64,000 nt of DNA from the IMG/VR virus record IMGVR_UViG_3300005573_000001. One strand, written 5' to 3'. The translations under genes and the position numbers were made by a program. Below the pieces are notes generated by a model. That model saw nothing but the letters and a program-made list of their open reading frames with translations. It had not been told where the DNA came from and did not search any database. This DNA comes from a virus. Shown piece by piece: positions 8,393 through 17,220 of this stretch; the first letter of the stretch is position 1, and every line of letters begins with the position of its first letter.

Positions 8393-8967
8393 TATTGTAA
8401 AACGTTAGCCCTAGCAACTACCTGATGCAGGGCGCTGAGGACCTGATTAGCCAAAGTTGTGCCCAAAGGAGTATCAGTACCAATGCGCAGTAAATAACTT
8501 GGGTGGTAGATAACGGTAACATCACGATTACCAAGCCTATGCCAAGTGCCGTGAACCTGCGTGATACCGCTTGTAATACCTAAAATAGCCCGCATAGCAA
8601 CCGCACCCGTGCATACAATAATTTGTGGATTTACCATAGCAATCTCAGCGTCGAGAATGTAGGCACAGGCAGCCACCTCAGCAGGAAGCGGTGTACGATT
8701 AGCGGGGCCTGACATAGGCCGACACTTCACAGTATTAGTAAGATAAACATCAGAAATAGGTATGTCAGCCTGAGCAAGTAATTGTCTAAAGAGCTGACCG
8801 GCAGGACCAACAAGGGGAGTTTTTTGAATGCACTCAACAGCTCCGGGAGCCTCAGCAATAAACATTATCCTAGCATTAGAATTACCAACGCCAGGAACGT
8901 GAACACTACGAAATAGACTGCATTCCTCACAGTTATCTACAAGTTGACAAAATTGATCATACGTCAT
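8392..8967 (-). CDS. Uracil-DNA glycosylase, family 4
   Basis: CxxC, AEAPG, VGPAG, TNTVKCRP, HPSYLLR. Confidence 0.9.
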   Translation of the reverse strand: MTYDQFCQLVDNCEECSLFRSVHVPGVGNSNARIMFIAEAPGAVECIQKTPLVGPAGQLFRQLLAQADIPISDVYLTNTVKCRPMSGPANRTPLPAEVAACAYILDAEIAMVNPQIIVCTGAVAMRAILGITSGITQVHGTWHRLGNRDVTVIYHPSYLLRIGTDTPLGTTLANQVLSALHQVVARANVLQ

Positions 8968-9272
8968 AAGAAACTCCAAAAACTAAGGGCACGATCACGA
9001 GACTGTAACTGTTCCTGGGCGTAGCGACGGCCAACCTCAACACGGGTCTCACAGGAAGGGCGCACACCAAAATCAGAGAGAGCTTCAAGAAGTACCGTAT
9101 TACGCCCTACAGCAACTATTTGATAAGGTATGCCAGATTCAACTAGAAAGCGTCCTAGAATGCGACCCTGAGCCTTAGCACGTCGATCAATAGTAGACAA
9201 CCTACGCCAATTAGACCTACAAGAGGCAGATGGATTGGGGCGATAAAGCAACTCGTCAGGTATATAGACCAT
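8964..9272 (-). CDS. Hypothetical protein
   Basis: GAGGT RBS; coupled ORF. Confidence 0.5.
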   Translation of the reverse strand: MVYIPDELLYRPNPSASCRSNWRRLSTIDRRAKAQGRILGRFLVESGIPYQIVAVGRNTVLLEALSDFGVRPSCETRVEVGRRYAQEQLQSRDRALSFWSFL

Positions 9273-9274
9273 AA

Positions 9275-10390
9275 TTACCTCACAGTAAGACTAATACCAA
9301 GAGCCTTCTCAACAGCAGTAATATAAGCAAGACGATCAGGACGGCTCTTAGGTATATATATCAAGTCAAGTACCTTCTCAAGCGTAGTGCGAAGAAGCTT
9401 AGTTGACTCAAGCTGGTAATCGGCTAGACAGCTAGTAATCCTAGAGAGGATAACATCATAAGCACCCTGCCTGATGAGATCTAAACTATGCTCACGATTA
9501 GCCAAGAAGAACTCATCTGGGTCAACAGAATCTGAAAAGAATACCTCAACTACGAAACCAGCTTGGCATAGTACGTCAGCCATCCTAGGAGCTTCCGCTT
9601 GACCAGCTTGATCATTATCAAGAAAGAGAATTACTCTCTTAGTTACCTGCTGCAATAAAGCAACATGTTCCTTAGTCAAGGTAATACCCATTAAGGCGGC
9701 AGTAGGCACTCCATATTTAAGACCAAGAATGGCGTCGTTATATCCCTCAACAAGCACGATACAGCCAGTCTTAGCAGCCAAAGCTTTAGCACTGCTCCAG
9801 CCATATAATAAGGCTCCCTTCTTAAAGGTACTGTTCCGGTACTTAGGATCAGCAGCATCTGGATGAAGCGGATCTTGCCTATAAGCAAAGCCAATAATAA
9901 CCCTAGACTCATCAGCAACAGGGTACACCAAATGACCCTGATCGTCAAGTCCAAGAAGCCAGCGCTTAATCATAGCTTGATCTATACCCCGAGAAGCCAA
10001 GTACCGGAGGTAGTCAGGGCTTTGCAGGAGCCGTGCATGATAAGCAGTAGCCTGCTCACGAAGTGCTATTTGTTCGTCTGTTAACGTCAACTGTAATCCC
10101 ACCCTTCTCGCTAGGGTTTCTACTGCATCCTCAAAGCTAAGGCCGGCAAGAAAGGCATACAAATGTATCACAGTACTACCTCCCGTAACGGCTCTAGTTC
10201 CAGCCGAACAACCATAGCAGTAGAAACTCTGAGTCTCTGGATAAACAACAAGGGACTTTGTGTGCACGTCTCCATGCGGACAAAGTCCCTTATACACTGA
10301 ACCACTGCACTCAAGGTGCAGACCAGGAAACTCCTTGGCTATCTCGACAATGTCAAGCTGTTCCTTGAGTTGTCTGACTAGCGAATCCAT
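9275..10390 (-). CDS. dnaG: DNA primase (CHC2 zinc finger + TOPRIM)
   Basis: CPHGD...FYCYGC, KYRNS, LVEGYND, LDNDQAG. Confidence 0.9.
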   Translation of the reverse strand: MDSLVRQLKEQLDIVEIAKEFPGLHLECSGSVYKGLCPHGDVHTKSLVVYPETQSFYCYGCSAGTRAVTGGSTVIHLYAFLAGLSFEDAVETLARRVGLQLTLTDEQIALREQATAYHARLLQSPDYLRYLASRGIDQAMIKRWLLGLDDQGHLVYPVADESRVIIGFAYRQDPLHPDAADPKYRNSTFKKGALLYGWSSAKALAAKTGCIVLVEGYNDAILGLKYGVPTAALMGITLTKEHVALLQQVTKRVILFLDNDQAGQAEAPRMADVLCQAGFVVEVFFSDSVDPDEFFLANREHSLDLIRQGAYDVILSRITSCLADYQLESTKLLRTTLEKVLDLIYIPKSRPDRLAYITAVEKALGISLTVR

Positions 10391-11204
10391 TAGTACCCTC
10401 CATCGTATAGCGGCGCATCAATAAAGCCCTACAGGCAGGAAGCTGAGGGACAGGTTGTTGCAGAAGAGCAGTAATAAGTTCCAAAGACATAGGTACATCA
10501 ATTATGCGCAATAAGTCATTAAGCATAAGATCCATAGTCTGCTGGCCAGCAAACTCATACATAAGGGCCGAACCAGCAACATCTTGAGTTCTTATAAGGT
10601 TAACTACAATCTGTACTCCTTGAGCTACATAGTACCTAAAGATACGGAAAAACAGGGGGAGCTGGGAAGTAGGGCAAACATCCACAAAGAGAACCCGTCC
10701 CGGGATAGACATAATGTTCTCCAGCCGTAATATTAGGTCCAAGCAATAGAAGGTACTATTCATAGTAGAGGTTACAGTAAGAGGAAGCCTACGAAGAGGT
10801 GTACCGTCAACAATAAGGCTAGAGTACCCATAACACTCCGAAGAAGAGTGAGGGTCAAGAGATAGGCCAACAAGCCGTACACCGAAGATGTCGAAGAATC
10901 TATTGGCAAGCCAGTCAGAGGTATGAGAGGACAGGAACGTAGTAATCTCACTAGAACGGTCTAGACTCCATGAAAAAACATAGTTATCAATGCTATAGAG
11001 AAAGTGTATGCGGGCACTCAACGAAGGATCAACAAAGTGAGGAACAAGTGTAAAGTTGCTATAAGAAATAAAGCGTACAGGTACAAAGCGGGAACGTAAA
11101 GTAGAGAGATTAGCCCAGACAGAGAGCGCAGTAAACGGAAAAGTAAGAGAGATAGAAGAAGAAGAGTCCGTAGAAGAAGGCAACGAGAGCGAATCAACAA
11201 TCAT
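10353..11204 (-). CDS. Hypothetical protein
   Basis: Long ORF in operon. Confidence 0.5.
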   Translation of the reverse strand: MIVDSLSLPSSTDSSSSISLTFPFTALSVWANLSTLRSRFVPVRFISYSNFTLVPHFVDPSLSARIHFLYSIDNYVFSWSLDRSSEITTFLSSHTSDWLANRFFDIFGVRLVGLSLDPHSSSECYGYSSLIVDGTPLRRLPLTVTSTMNSTFYCLDLILRLENIMSIPGRVLFVDVCPTSQLPLFFRIFRYYVAQGVQIVVNLIRTQDVAGSALMYEFAGQQTMDLMLNDLLRIIDVPMSLELITALLQQPVPQLPACRALLMRRYTMEGTNGFASQTTQGTA

Positions 11205-11206
11205 AA

Positions 11207-11791
11207 CTACTCCTTCTCACTAGTAACTACGACGTCTATTAGCCCATAAGCTTTGGCTTCCTCAGGTGTCATAAAGAAGTCTCGGTCAGTATCGACAGCT
11301 ACTTTCTCCAAAGGCTGACCAGTCAACTGTGAGATAATAGCATTCAGGCGAGCCTTTATATCACTCATATGCTTGGCATGGATCAGGACGTCGCTAGCAG
11401 GGCCCTGAGTACCACCCATGGGCTGATGAATCATAATCTCGCTGTTAGGAAGAGCAATTCTCTGAGAACCCGCAGCCAAGAGGATCGCGGCCATCGACGA
11501 AGCCATACCTATACAGATAGTCTTTACGGGAGCAGAGATGTAGCGCATAGTATCGTAGATGGCAAGGCCAGCAGAAACACTGCCACCCACACTATTGATG
11601 TACATCTCAATAGGTTGATTGCTGACAGTGTTAAGGTAAAGCAAGGTAGCTATTACGTCGGCAGCCATAGCATCGTCAATCTCACCGATTATAAACATCA
11701 TCCTGTCTTTAATCAGTTTAGAGTAGACATCCATATAGCGACGACTCTCAGCATCTTCAATAGCTACAACCATATTTCTAATCGTATTCAT
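11207..11791 (-). CDS. clpP: ATP-dependent Clp protease proteolytic subunit
   Basis: DVYSKL, YINSVGGSV, GMASSMAA (Ser), IMIHQP (His), DRDFFM. Confidence 0.95.
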   Translation of the reverse strand: MNTIRNMVVAIEDAESRRYMDVYSKLIKDRMMFIIGEIDDAMAADVIATLLYLNTVSNQPIEMYINSVGGSVSAGLAIYDTMRYISAPVKTICIGMASSMAAILLAAGSQRIALPNSEIMIHQPMGGTQGPASDVLIHAKHMSDIKARLNAIISQLTGQPLEKVAVDTDRDFFMTPEEAKAYGLIDVVVTSEKE

Positions 11792-12000
11792 AAGACACCT
11801 TTCCGCTTAGGGGATTTCCCCATAGCACAATAATAAGTTATTTCAGCCTTACAGGTAAGGCATTTAGTAACAAACATATATTTAAGCCCCTTAGCATAAT
11901 AATGCTGCGGGGCTAAACCGTAGTTAAGAATATTAGAGAACTCATCAGAGCCACAGGAGGGACAAACAAAGTCCTTACCTTCAAGAATATAGCGCTTCAT
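11788..12000 (-). CDS. Small zinc-ribbon protein
   Basis: CPSC...CLTC. Confidence 0.55.
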   Translation of the reverse strand: MKRYILEGKDFVCPSCGSDEFSNILNYGLAPQHYYAKGLKYMFVTKCLTCKAEITYYCAMGKSPKRKGVL

Positions 12001-13946
12001 AGCATCACTATATTATCCTTGGGTAACTCAGACAAGAACCTGCTAGGTTTTAAAGCCTGATATGTAGCATTAATAGAGCGAAAGACACAGTAGCTCAAAT
12101 AAAGCCTAAGCTTAGCTCTCGTTACAGCAACATAGAAAAGGCGGCGTTCTTCTTCAAGTTCAGCTGAACTGGTCGCACTAGTTGAGTGAGGGAAAATACT
12201 CTCGTTTAGGCCAACGACGAAGACAACCTTATACTCAAGACCTTTAGCCGTATGAATAGTCATAAGCTTGACAGAGTTGTCCGACTTGATCGTATCATGG
12301 GCCAGAACCATAGTAACGGAGTTTACCAGCTGTAGAAGAGCCTGAATTACAGTCAAGCCGTCCTCAAAGGCCATATCATCAACAACGTTGAGAAACTCAT
12401 AGTAGTTCTGAAGACAGTCCTCGTCGCCCGACTTAGCAGCCTCGTCTATAAGCATTTGCTTATAGCCAGTCATATCGCAGACAGCATCAATAATACCACG
12501 TAAGGGCACAGTAAGTGGCGTATCGAGCAGAGCGCGGATCTCATCAACAAGGGCAACAAAGGCTTGTAGTTTCTTTAACGTTGAGACAGTAATACCTAAG
12601 TCGCTAGTCTCAAGACTAGCCAAGACATCAGAAAGACTACGATTATGATCGGTTACCTCAGAAACCAGCTTAGAAATAGTAGCCTCACCTAGGCCGCGCT
12701 TAGGGAGATTGCAAATCCGTATGAAGGCAGAGACATCATCCTTATTTACGATGTAGCGCAGGTAAGCAACTATATCCTTAGGCTCCTTACGCTGATAAAA
12801 ACTAATGTTACCAATAAGCTGGTAGGGAACGTCACTACTAAGCATAGCATCTTCTATAACCCTAGACTGGTAATTAGCGCGATAGAGAATAGCAATATCC
12901 CCATAGGAGACATTATAGGATTCAACTAAGTTAGTAATGCGAGTAACCAGCCACTTGGCCTCAGCTATATCGTTAGGGGCACGATGTAATAACACCTTGT
13001 CGCCCATAGCATTAGTAGTCCAAAGCTTCTTCTTAAGTTGCTTACGGTTGTTAGCAATGACAGCATTAGCAGCCTCTAGTATGTTACCGGTACTACGGTA
13101 ATTCTGTTCAAGTTTAAAGACATTAGCACCATAGCTCTTGGGAAAGTCGAGGAAGTTCTGAACACTCGCATTACGCCAACTATAGATATTCTGAGCATCG
13201 TCACCTACTACAAAGAGATTATGGTGGACGGAAGCGAGCTCGCAAGCAAGGGTATGCTGAGCATAGTCACAATCTTGATATTCGTCAATATGGATATAGC
13301 GGAACCTATTAGTAAGAACATCCCTAGCTCTACCGGGAGTCTGGACAAGGGTGACTGCCTTGCAAATTAAGTCATCGAAGTCTAGACTATTTGACTGCAC
13401 CAAGGTTTCTTGATAGATACGGTAGAGGTTAGCGAGGAACTTCTCATTAGGACGGAGAGCATCACGTAAAGCATCCTCAGGAGAAAACACACGGGCCTTC
13501 ATCGAACGAATATACTCTTGAGCGTCATAGATCTGTTGCGAAGTAGGCTTGCCACCGATAAGGGAGGTATAAATCTGCTTTAGGATTTTCTCCTGCGAAT
13601 CCTCATCAACAATAGTAAAGTCTTTACGTATACCAGCCTCAGTACTAAACTCTATCAGCAGGCGCAAACATATGCCATGAAAGGTACCTATCCATATGTC
13701 ATTAGCAACAGGTCCTACTAAACTATGGATACGCTGCCGCATCTCAGCGGCAGCCTTATTAGTAAAAGTTATAGCTAGAATACTAGCTGGATCGACACCT
13801 GAAGCTACTAAGTAAGCTATCCTATGCGTAAGAACAGCAGTCTTCCCACTACCAGCCCCAGCTACAGTCAAATTAAAGCCCTCAGTACACTGAACAGCCT
13901 TGCGTTGCTCTTCATTCAAGGGCTTCAGGATTGTCTCCTTCGTCAT
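11997..13946 (-). CDS. pcrA: PcrA/UvrD superfamily 1 helicase
   Basis: AGAGSGKT, TFTNKAA, DEYQD, NYRS, TIHTAKGLE, EERRLFYVAVTRA. Confidence 0.93.
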   Translation of the reverse strand: MTKETILKPLNEEQRKAVQCTEGFNLTVAGAGSGKTAVLTHRIAYLVASGVDPASILAITFTNKAAAEMRQRIHSLVGPVANDIWIGTFHGICLRLLIEFSTEAGIRKDFTIVDEDSQEKILKQIYTSLIGGKPTSQQIYDAQEYIRSMKARVFSPEDALRDALRPNEKFLANLYRIYQETLVQSNSLDFDDLICKAVTLVQTPGRARDVLTNRFRYIHIDEYQDCDYAQHTLACELASVHHNLFVVGDDAQNIYSWRNASVQNFLDFPKSYGANVFKLEQNYRSTGNILEAANAVIANNRKQLKKKLWTTNAMGDKVLLHRAPNDIAEAKWLVTRITNLVESYNVSYGDIAILYRANYQSRVIEDAMLSSDVPYQLIGNISFYQRKEPKDIVAYLRYIVNKDDVSAFIRICNLPKRGLGEATISKLVSEVTDHNRSLSDVLASLETSDLGITVSTLKKLQAFVALVDEIRALLDTPLTVPLRGIIDAVCDMTGYKQMLIDEAAKSGDEDCLQNYYEFLNVVDDMAFEDGLTVIQALLQLVNSVTMVLAHDTIKSDNSVKLMTIHTAKGLEYKVVFVVGLNESIFPHSTSATSSAELEEERRLFYVAVTRAKLRLYLSYCVFRSINATYQALKPSRFLSELPKDNIVML

Positions 13947-15411
13947 TAATATCTCCTTCAAAGTCAGTCGGTTCCATCTGGGCAACCAGTCTATTATATT
14001 CAGTAGAATTAGTACGTAGATAGTCGGCGAAGGCAGCTTTACCATTAAGGTTCTGCTCAACTCCCTGACTATCTGTATAGTAGATACGAGCGCCGGCTCG
14101 GCGTACCAGACCCAAAGTAAGGGCAGTATCAACAAGCTCAGCTACCTTATCAAGACCTACTCCATAATAGAGAGGGACAACCGCCTGCTTAAATGGGAGA
14201 GCAGTCTTATTCTTCGTAACACGGATATTCATCTGATGACCAATTACAGTAGCACCGTCCTTAATAGGCTCGCCCTTACGAACGCAGAGACGCATACTGG
14301 CATAAAAGGCCAAGGCGCGACCGCCACTAGTAACCTCAGGAGAATTATGAACTATCACACCGGTATCAGACCCACCAACGACATAGTTAGCATGGTCCTC
14401 AATAGTAAGGTCATACCGACCAAGAAGCGCGGTCTCAGCAGAGGTCAGATACCGGAGCAAGGTAATTGGAACATCAGTTATAGTAAGGTCGACTGCCTTA
14501 GCCATAAGGCGCGTACCTATAGTGAGAGACCGAGCAGGTTTCCAGCCATCCTTAGTAAGGACCAAATGGTCAGGAGTCACCGCAAGGGAAAGGACACCTC
14601 CATCACTAGACAAAGGAGCCTCAATGTAGATATAGTCAGAAGAACGGGCAACATAACCATTGAAGTGCCAGTCAAGAATGGACTTAGGCTCGAGAAGACC
14701 GGTTTGTTCATTAAGGGCCCAGACACGACCATCGATACAGTTCTCGACAACATCTTTAATTGGAATGGAGCGCCCATCCACAAAGTTAACCAAGGTACTA
14801 CCGTGTACACATCCGTAAAGGACACCAACCTTCTCACGAATCTGGTTAATGAATATAAGAGTACAGTCGTTAGCACTGAGAATAGGAGCAAGAAGTCTTA
14901 GACTCTTGCTCATCAAGCGAGCCTGAGTACCAATAGTATTCTTAGAGACGGAATCGGCCTCAAACTCAGCACTTGGAACTAAGGCTGAGACAGAATCAAT
15001 AACGGCTAGATTACAATTACCAGAGCGCACACACTCAGAAAGAATATCAAAGGTAACTTCGCCAGTAGGCGGCTGAACATACCAAACCCTATCAAGATCA
15101 ACTCCATAGGCAGCAGCCAAAGCCTTATCTAAGGTAGTCTCAAGATCAAGAAACAGCTGAAACTTATCAGGCTGGGCCTTCTGGGCCTCTATAATAGCCA
15201 GTAAGGCGATCGTAGTCTTGCCAGCCGACTCAGGACCATAAACCTCCTCAATCCTACCAACAGGATGTCCACCACCCATAGCTAAGTCTAGACGTAGACT
15301 GCCGCTGCTTATTCTACGAATATCGGCGTGCATCTCGCTCATCCTAACTATCTTAGTAGCATACTTACGCTGCAAATCAGAACGCAGCTTACTCATTGCA
15401 TCTAGAGTCAC
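13912..15411 (-). CDS. recA: RecA recombinase containing a mini-intein
   Basis: GPESAGKTT, IDSVSAL, QARLMS, INQIREK, GGRALAFYAS. Confidence 0.95.
   Translation of the reverse strand: MTLDAMSKLRSDLQRKYATKIVRMSEMHADIRRISSGSLRLDLAMGGGHPVGRIEEVYGPESAGKTTIALLAIIEAQKAQPDKFQLFLDLETTLDKALAAAYGVDLDRVWYVQPPTGEVTFDILSECVRSGNCNLAVIDSVSALVPSAEFEADSVSKNTIGTQARLMSKSLRLLAPILSANDCTLIFINQIREKVGVLYGCVHGSTLVNFVDGRSIPIKDVVENCIDGRVWALNEQTGLLEPKSILDWHFNGYVARSSDYIYIEAPLSSDGGVLSLAVTPDHLVLTKDGWKPARSLTIGTRLMAKAVDLTITDVPITLLRYLTSAETALLGRYDLTIEDHANYVVGGSDTGVIVHNSPEVTSGGRALAFYASMRLCVRKGEPIKDGATVIGHQMNIRVTKNKTALPFKQAVVPLYYGVGLDKVAELVDTALTLGLVRRAGARIYYTDSQGVEQNLNGKAAFADYLRTNSTEYNRLVAQMEPTDFEGDINDEGDNPEALE
14344..14811 (-). 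mobile_element. Mini-intein (156 aa) in RecA
   Basis: VLYG|CVHGSTLV ... TPDH ... VIVHN|SPE. Confidence 0.9.
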
Positions 15412-15742
15412 TAGTATTCTCCTTCCGAATAAGTTCTATTACAGTTAATAAAGTATCATAAGCAGTTAAGGTCTTAAAGCGCTCATCCTCAGACATGTGG
15501 GAGCCGAGCCGAGCATGATACTGTTGTGCTAAATTATCCAAGTAACTAAGTACAACAGTAGGAGTATCAGAAGCGGGCAAACCTACAACACTTAGGAAAT
15601 AGGCCCGCTCGTTATCAAGTTCACGTAGTACACTCTGGACAGCCTGTTCTTTAGATAAGTCTTGGCACAGTTCACGGTACATGAGCATACAGAACTGTCC
15701 AAGACCTTGGCGCAGTTCAGCAACCTTTAGTTCAGTAGACAT
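15389..15742 (-). CDS. Hypothetical protein
   Basis: GGAGG RBS before ATG 15742. Confidence 0.55.
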   Translation of the reverse strand: MSTELKVAELRQGLGQFCMLMYRELCQDLSKEQAVQSVLRELDNERAYFLSVVGLPASDTPTVVLSYLDNLAQQYHARLGSHMSEDERFKTLTAYDTLLTVIELIRKENTSDSRCNE

Positions 15743-15800
15743 TAGTATTACCTCCATAGAAGCCATTAAGGGGAGCTCAACAGCTCCCCACGGCAGCACC

Positions 15801-16187
15801 TTAGAAAAGCTGATCAGGTGCAAGAACTTCGACAGCCGGAGCCTTAGCTGCAGAATTGGCCGGATTTTCATCCAAGTACGTGATGTTGTCCACGCTTATG
15901 CGGAAGGCTTCCTTCTCGACACCATCTTTAGTGGTGTACTTGTTGGGTTCAACCGTTCCGGTCACGCGGACAAGCCTGTTAGCTTTGAGATAGTCTTTGT
16001 GCCTAGCGGCAAGACCTCTCCAGGCCGCACAGTTAATGAAGATGTCGTTCTTTATGAACGCAAATTCCAAAAGCTCGACATCCTGACCAGACGACTGAAC
16101 TACCGAATGCTTCGGGTCGCCTTTTACCCAGCCAATCAACTCAGCTGCGAACAGCTTAGTACTGTTAGAGGGCTTTTCATGTGCCAT
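15801..16187 (-). CDS. ssb: Single-stranded DNA-binding protein
   Basis: FINCAAWRGLA, V.VTG, Y..KDG; C-terminal DQLF tail. Confidence 0.75.
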   Translation of the reverse strand: MAHEKPSNSTKLFAAELIGWVKGDPKHSVVQSSGQDVELLEFAFIKNDIFINCAAWRGLAARHKDYLKANRLVRVTGTVEPNKYTTKDGVEKEAFRISVDNITYLDENPANSAAKAPAVEVLAPDQLF

Positions 16188-16238
16188 TATCCATAACCTC
16201 CATATGTATTTTAATCACCATGGTGATGATTAACTGAA

Positions 16239-16766
16239 TTACTTACCAGAGGAGCCAAGACGGCCTTCCCCACGCTCTGACGCTATCGATACAACGGCAT
16301 CAAGGGTAGTAGGCACTATCTCAGCATCTGGAACAATCTCAAGCGCAGCTTGACATATAGCCTTAGTATACGGGTAGATCGTTACGCACTCAGACAGAGC
16401 GGGATCACCAACAAAGTTACCGTACATATCAAAATACTGATCTACCTTCTTAGTAATAATAATAGGTCTAAGGCTAGTATTATTAACTAAGACAAACCAT
16501 TCGTAACGGTAGCCAGAATCTATCTGACCAGCCCTAATAGCCATAGCACGTATACCGGTATTACCGCGCTCACGCAACTCAAAGCGGTAACCTGACGGCC
16601 AAGCAGTCACAAGACCAGTAGGAACACTAACTATATCCAAAGGCCTAATGACAAGAAAGTCACCCGGAAAGTCAGCGTAAATATCGTAGCAGCCATCCTC
16701 AGGACGCTTAGTAGGAATACGGACACCTTCATGTAACGGAGCCACAAAAACCTTAAGTGATGCCAT
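16239..16766 (-). CDS. dut: Trimeric dUTPase
   Basis: AGQIDSGYR, ICQA, RGEGRLGSSG. Confidence 0.88.
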   Translation of the reverse strand: MASLKVFVAPLHEGVRIPTKRPEDGCYDIYADFPGDFLVIRPLDIVSVPTGLVTAWPSGYRFELRERGNTGIRAMAIRAGQIDSGYRYEWFVLVNNTSLRPIIITKKVDQYFDMYGNFVGDPALSECVTIYPYTKAICQAALEIVPDAEIVPTTLDAVVSIASERGEGRLGSSGK

Positions 16767-17220
16767 AATCTTTACCTCGTACATAAATTGTTTGGTTAGA
16801 AGTAGCCAAAGTTACGCCATACATCTGATACCCAGAGACAGCTAGCTCTGGCTCATAACGGCCACTCTTAATATAATCAAAGAGTAACTTGATAGAATCA
16901 GGAATTTCATCAATGGGATACCGGGTGAAAAGCCAGAAGGGACAAGAAGTCAAAGAGCGAAGGGCAGTAACCAAGTCTACCAACTGAGAGGAATCATTGT
17001 CTAAAGGCTCACCACCCAGTATCCACAAAGATTTTATAATAGGTACACTAGTCAGCTTACTAGCTATACTGGTCAAGCAGGTATACCAAGGTTGACCAAC
17101 ATTAAAGTCCCAAAGGTCAGGATTATGGCAGCCACGACACTTAGGCTGTGCATTGCATCCTGATAAGTAAATCTCAAAGGAACTAGTAGCAAGACTAAAC
17201 TGCGTCGCTGCAACATTCAT
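16753..17220 (-). CDS. nrdG: Anaerobic ribonucleotide reductase activase
   Basis: GC....KCRGCHN, LGGEP, SNQ; adjacent to nrdD. Confidence 0.85.
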   Translation of the reverse strand: MNVAATQFSLATSSFEIYLSGCNAQPKCRGCHNPDLWDFNVGQPWYTCLTSIASKLTSVPIIKSLWILGGEPLDNDSSQLVDLVTALRSLTSCPFWLFTRYPIDEIPDSIKLLFDYIKSGRYEPELAVSGYQMYGVTLATSNQTIYVRGKDYGIT

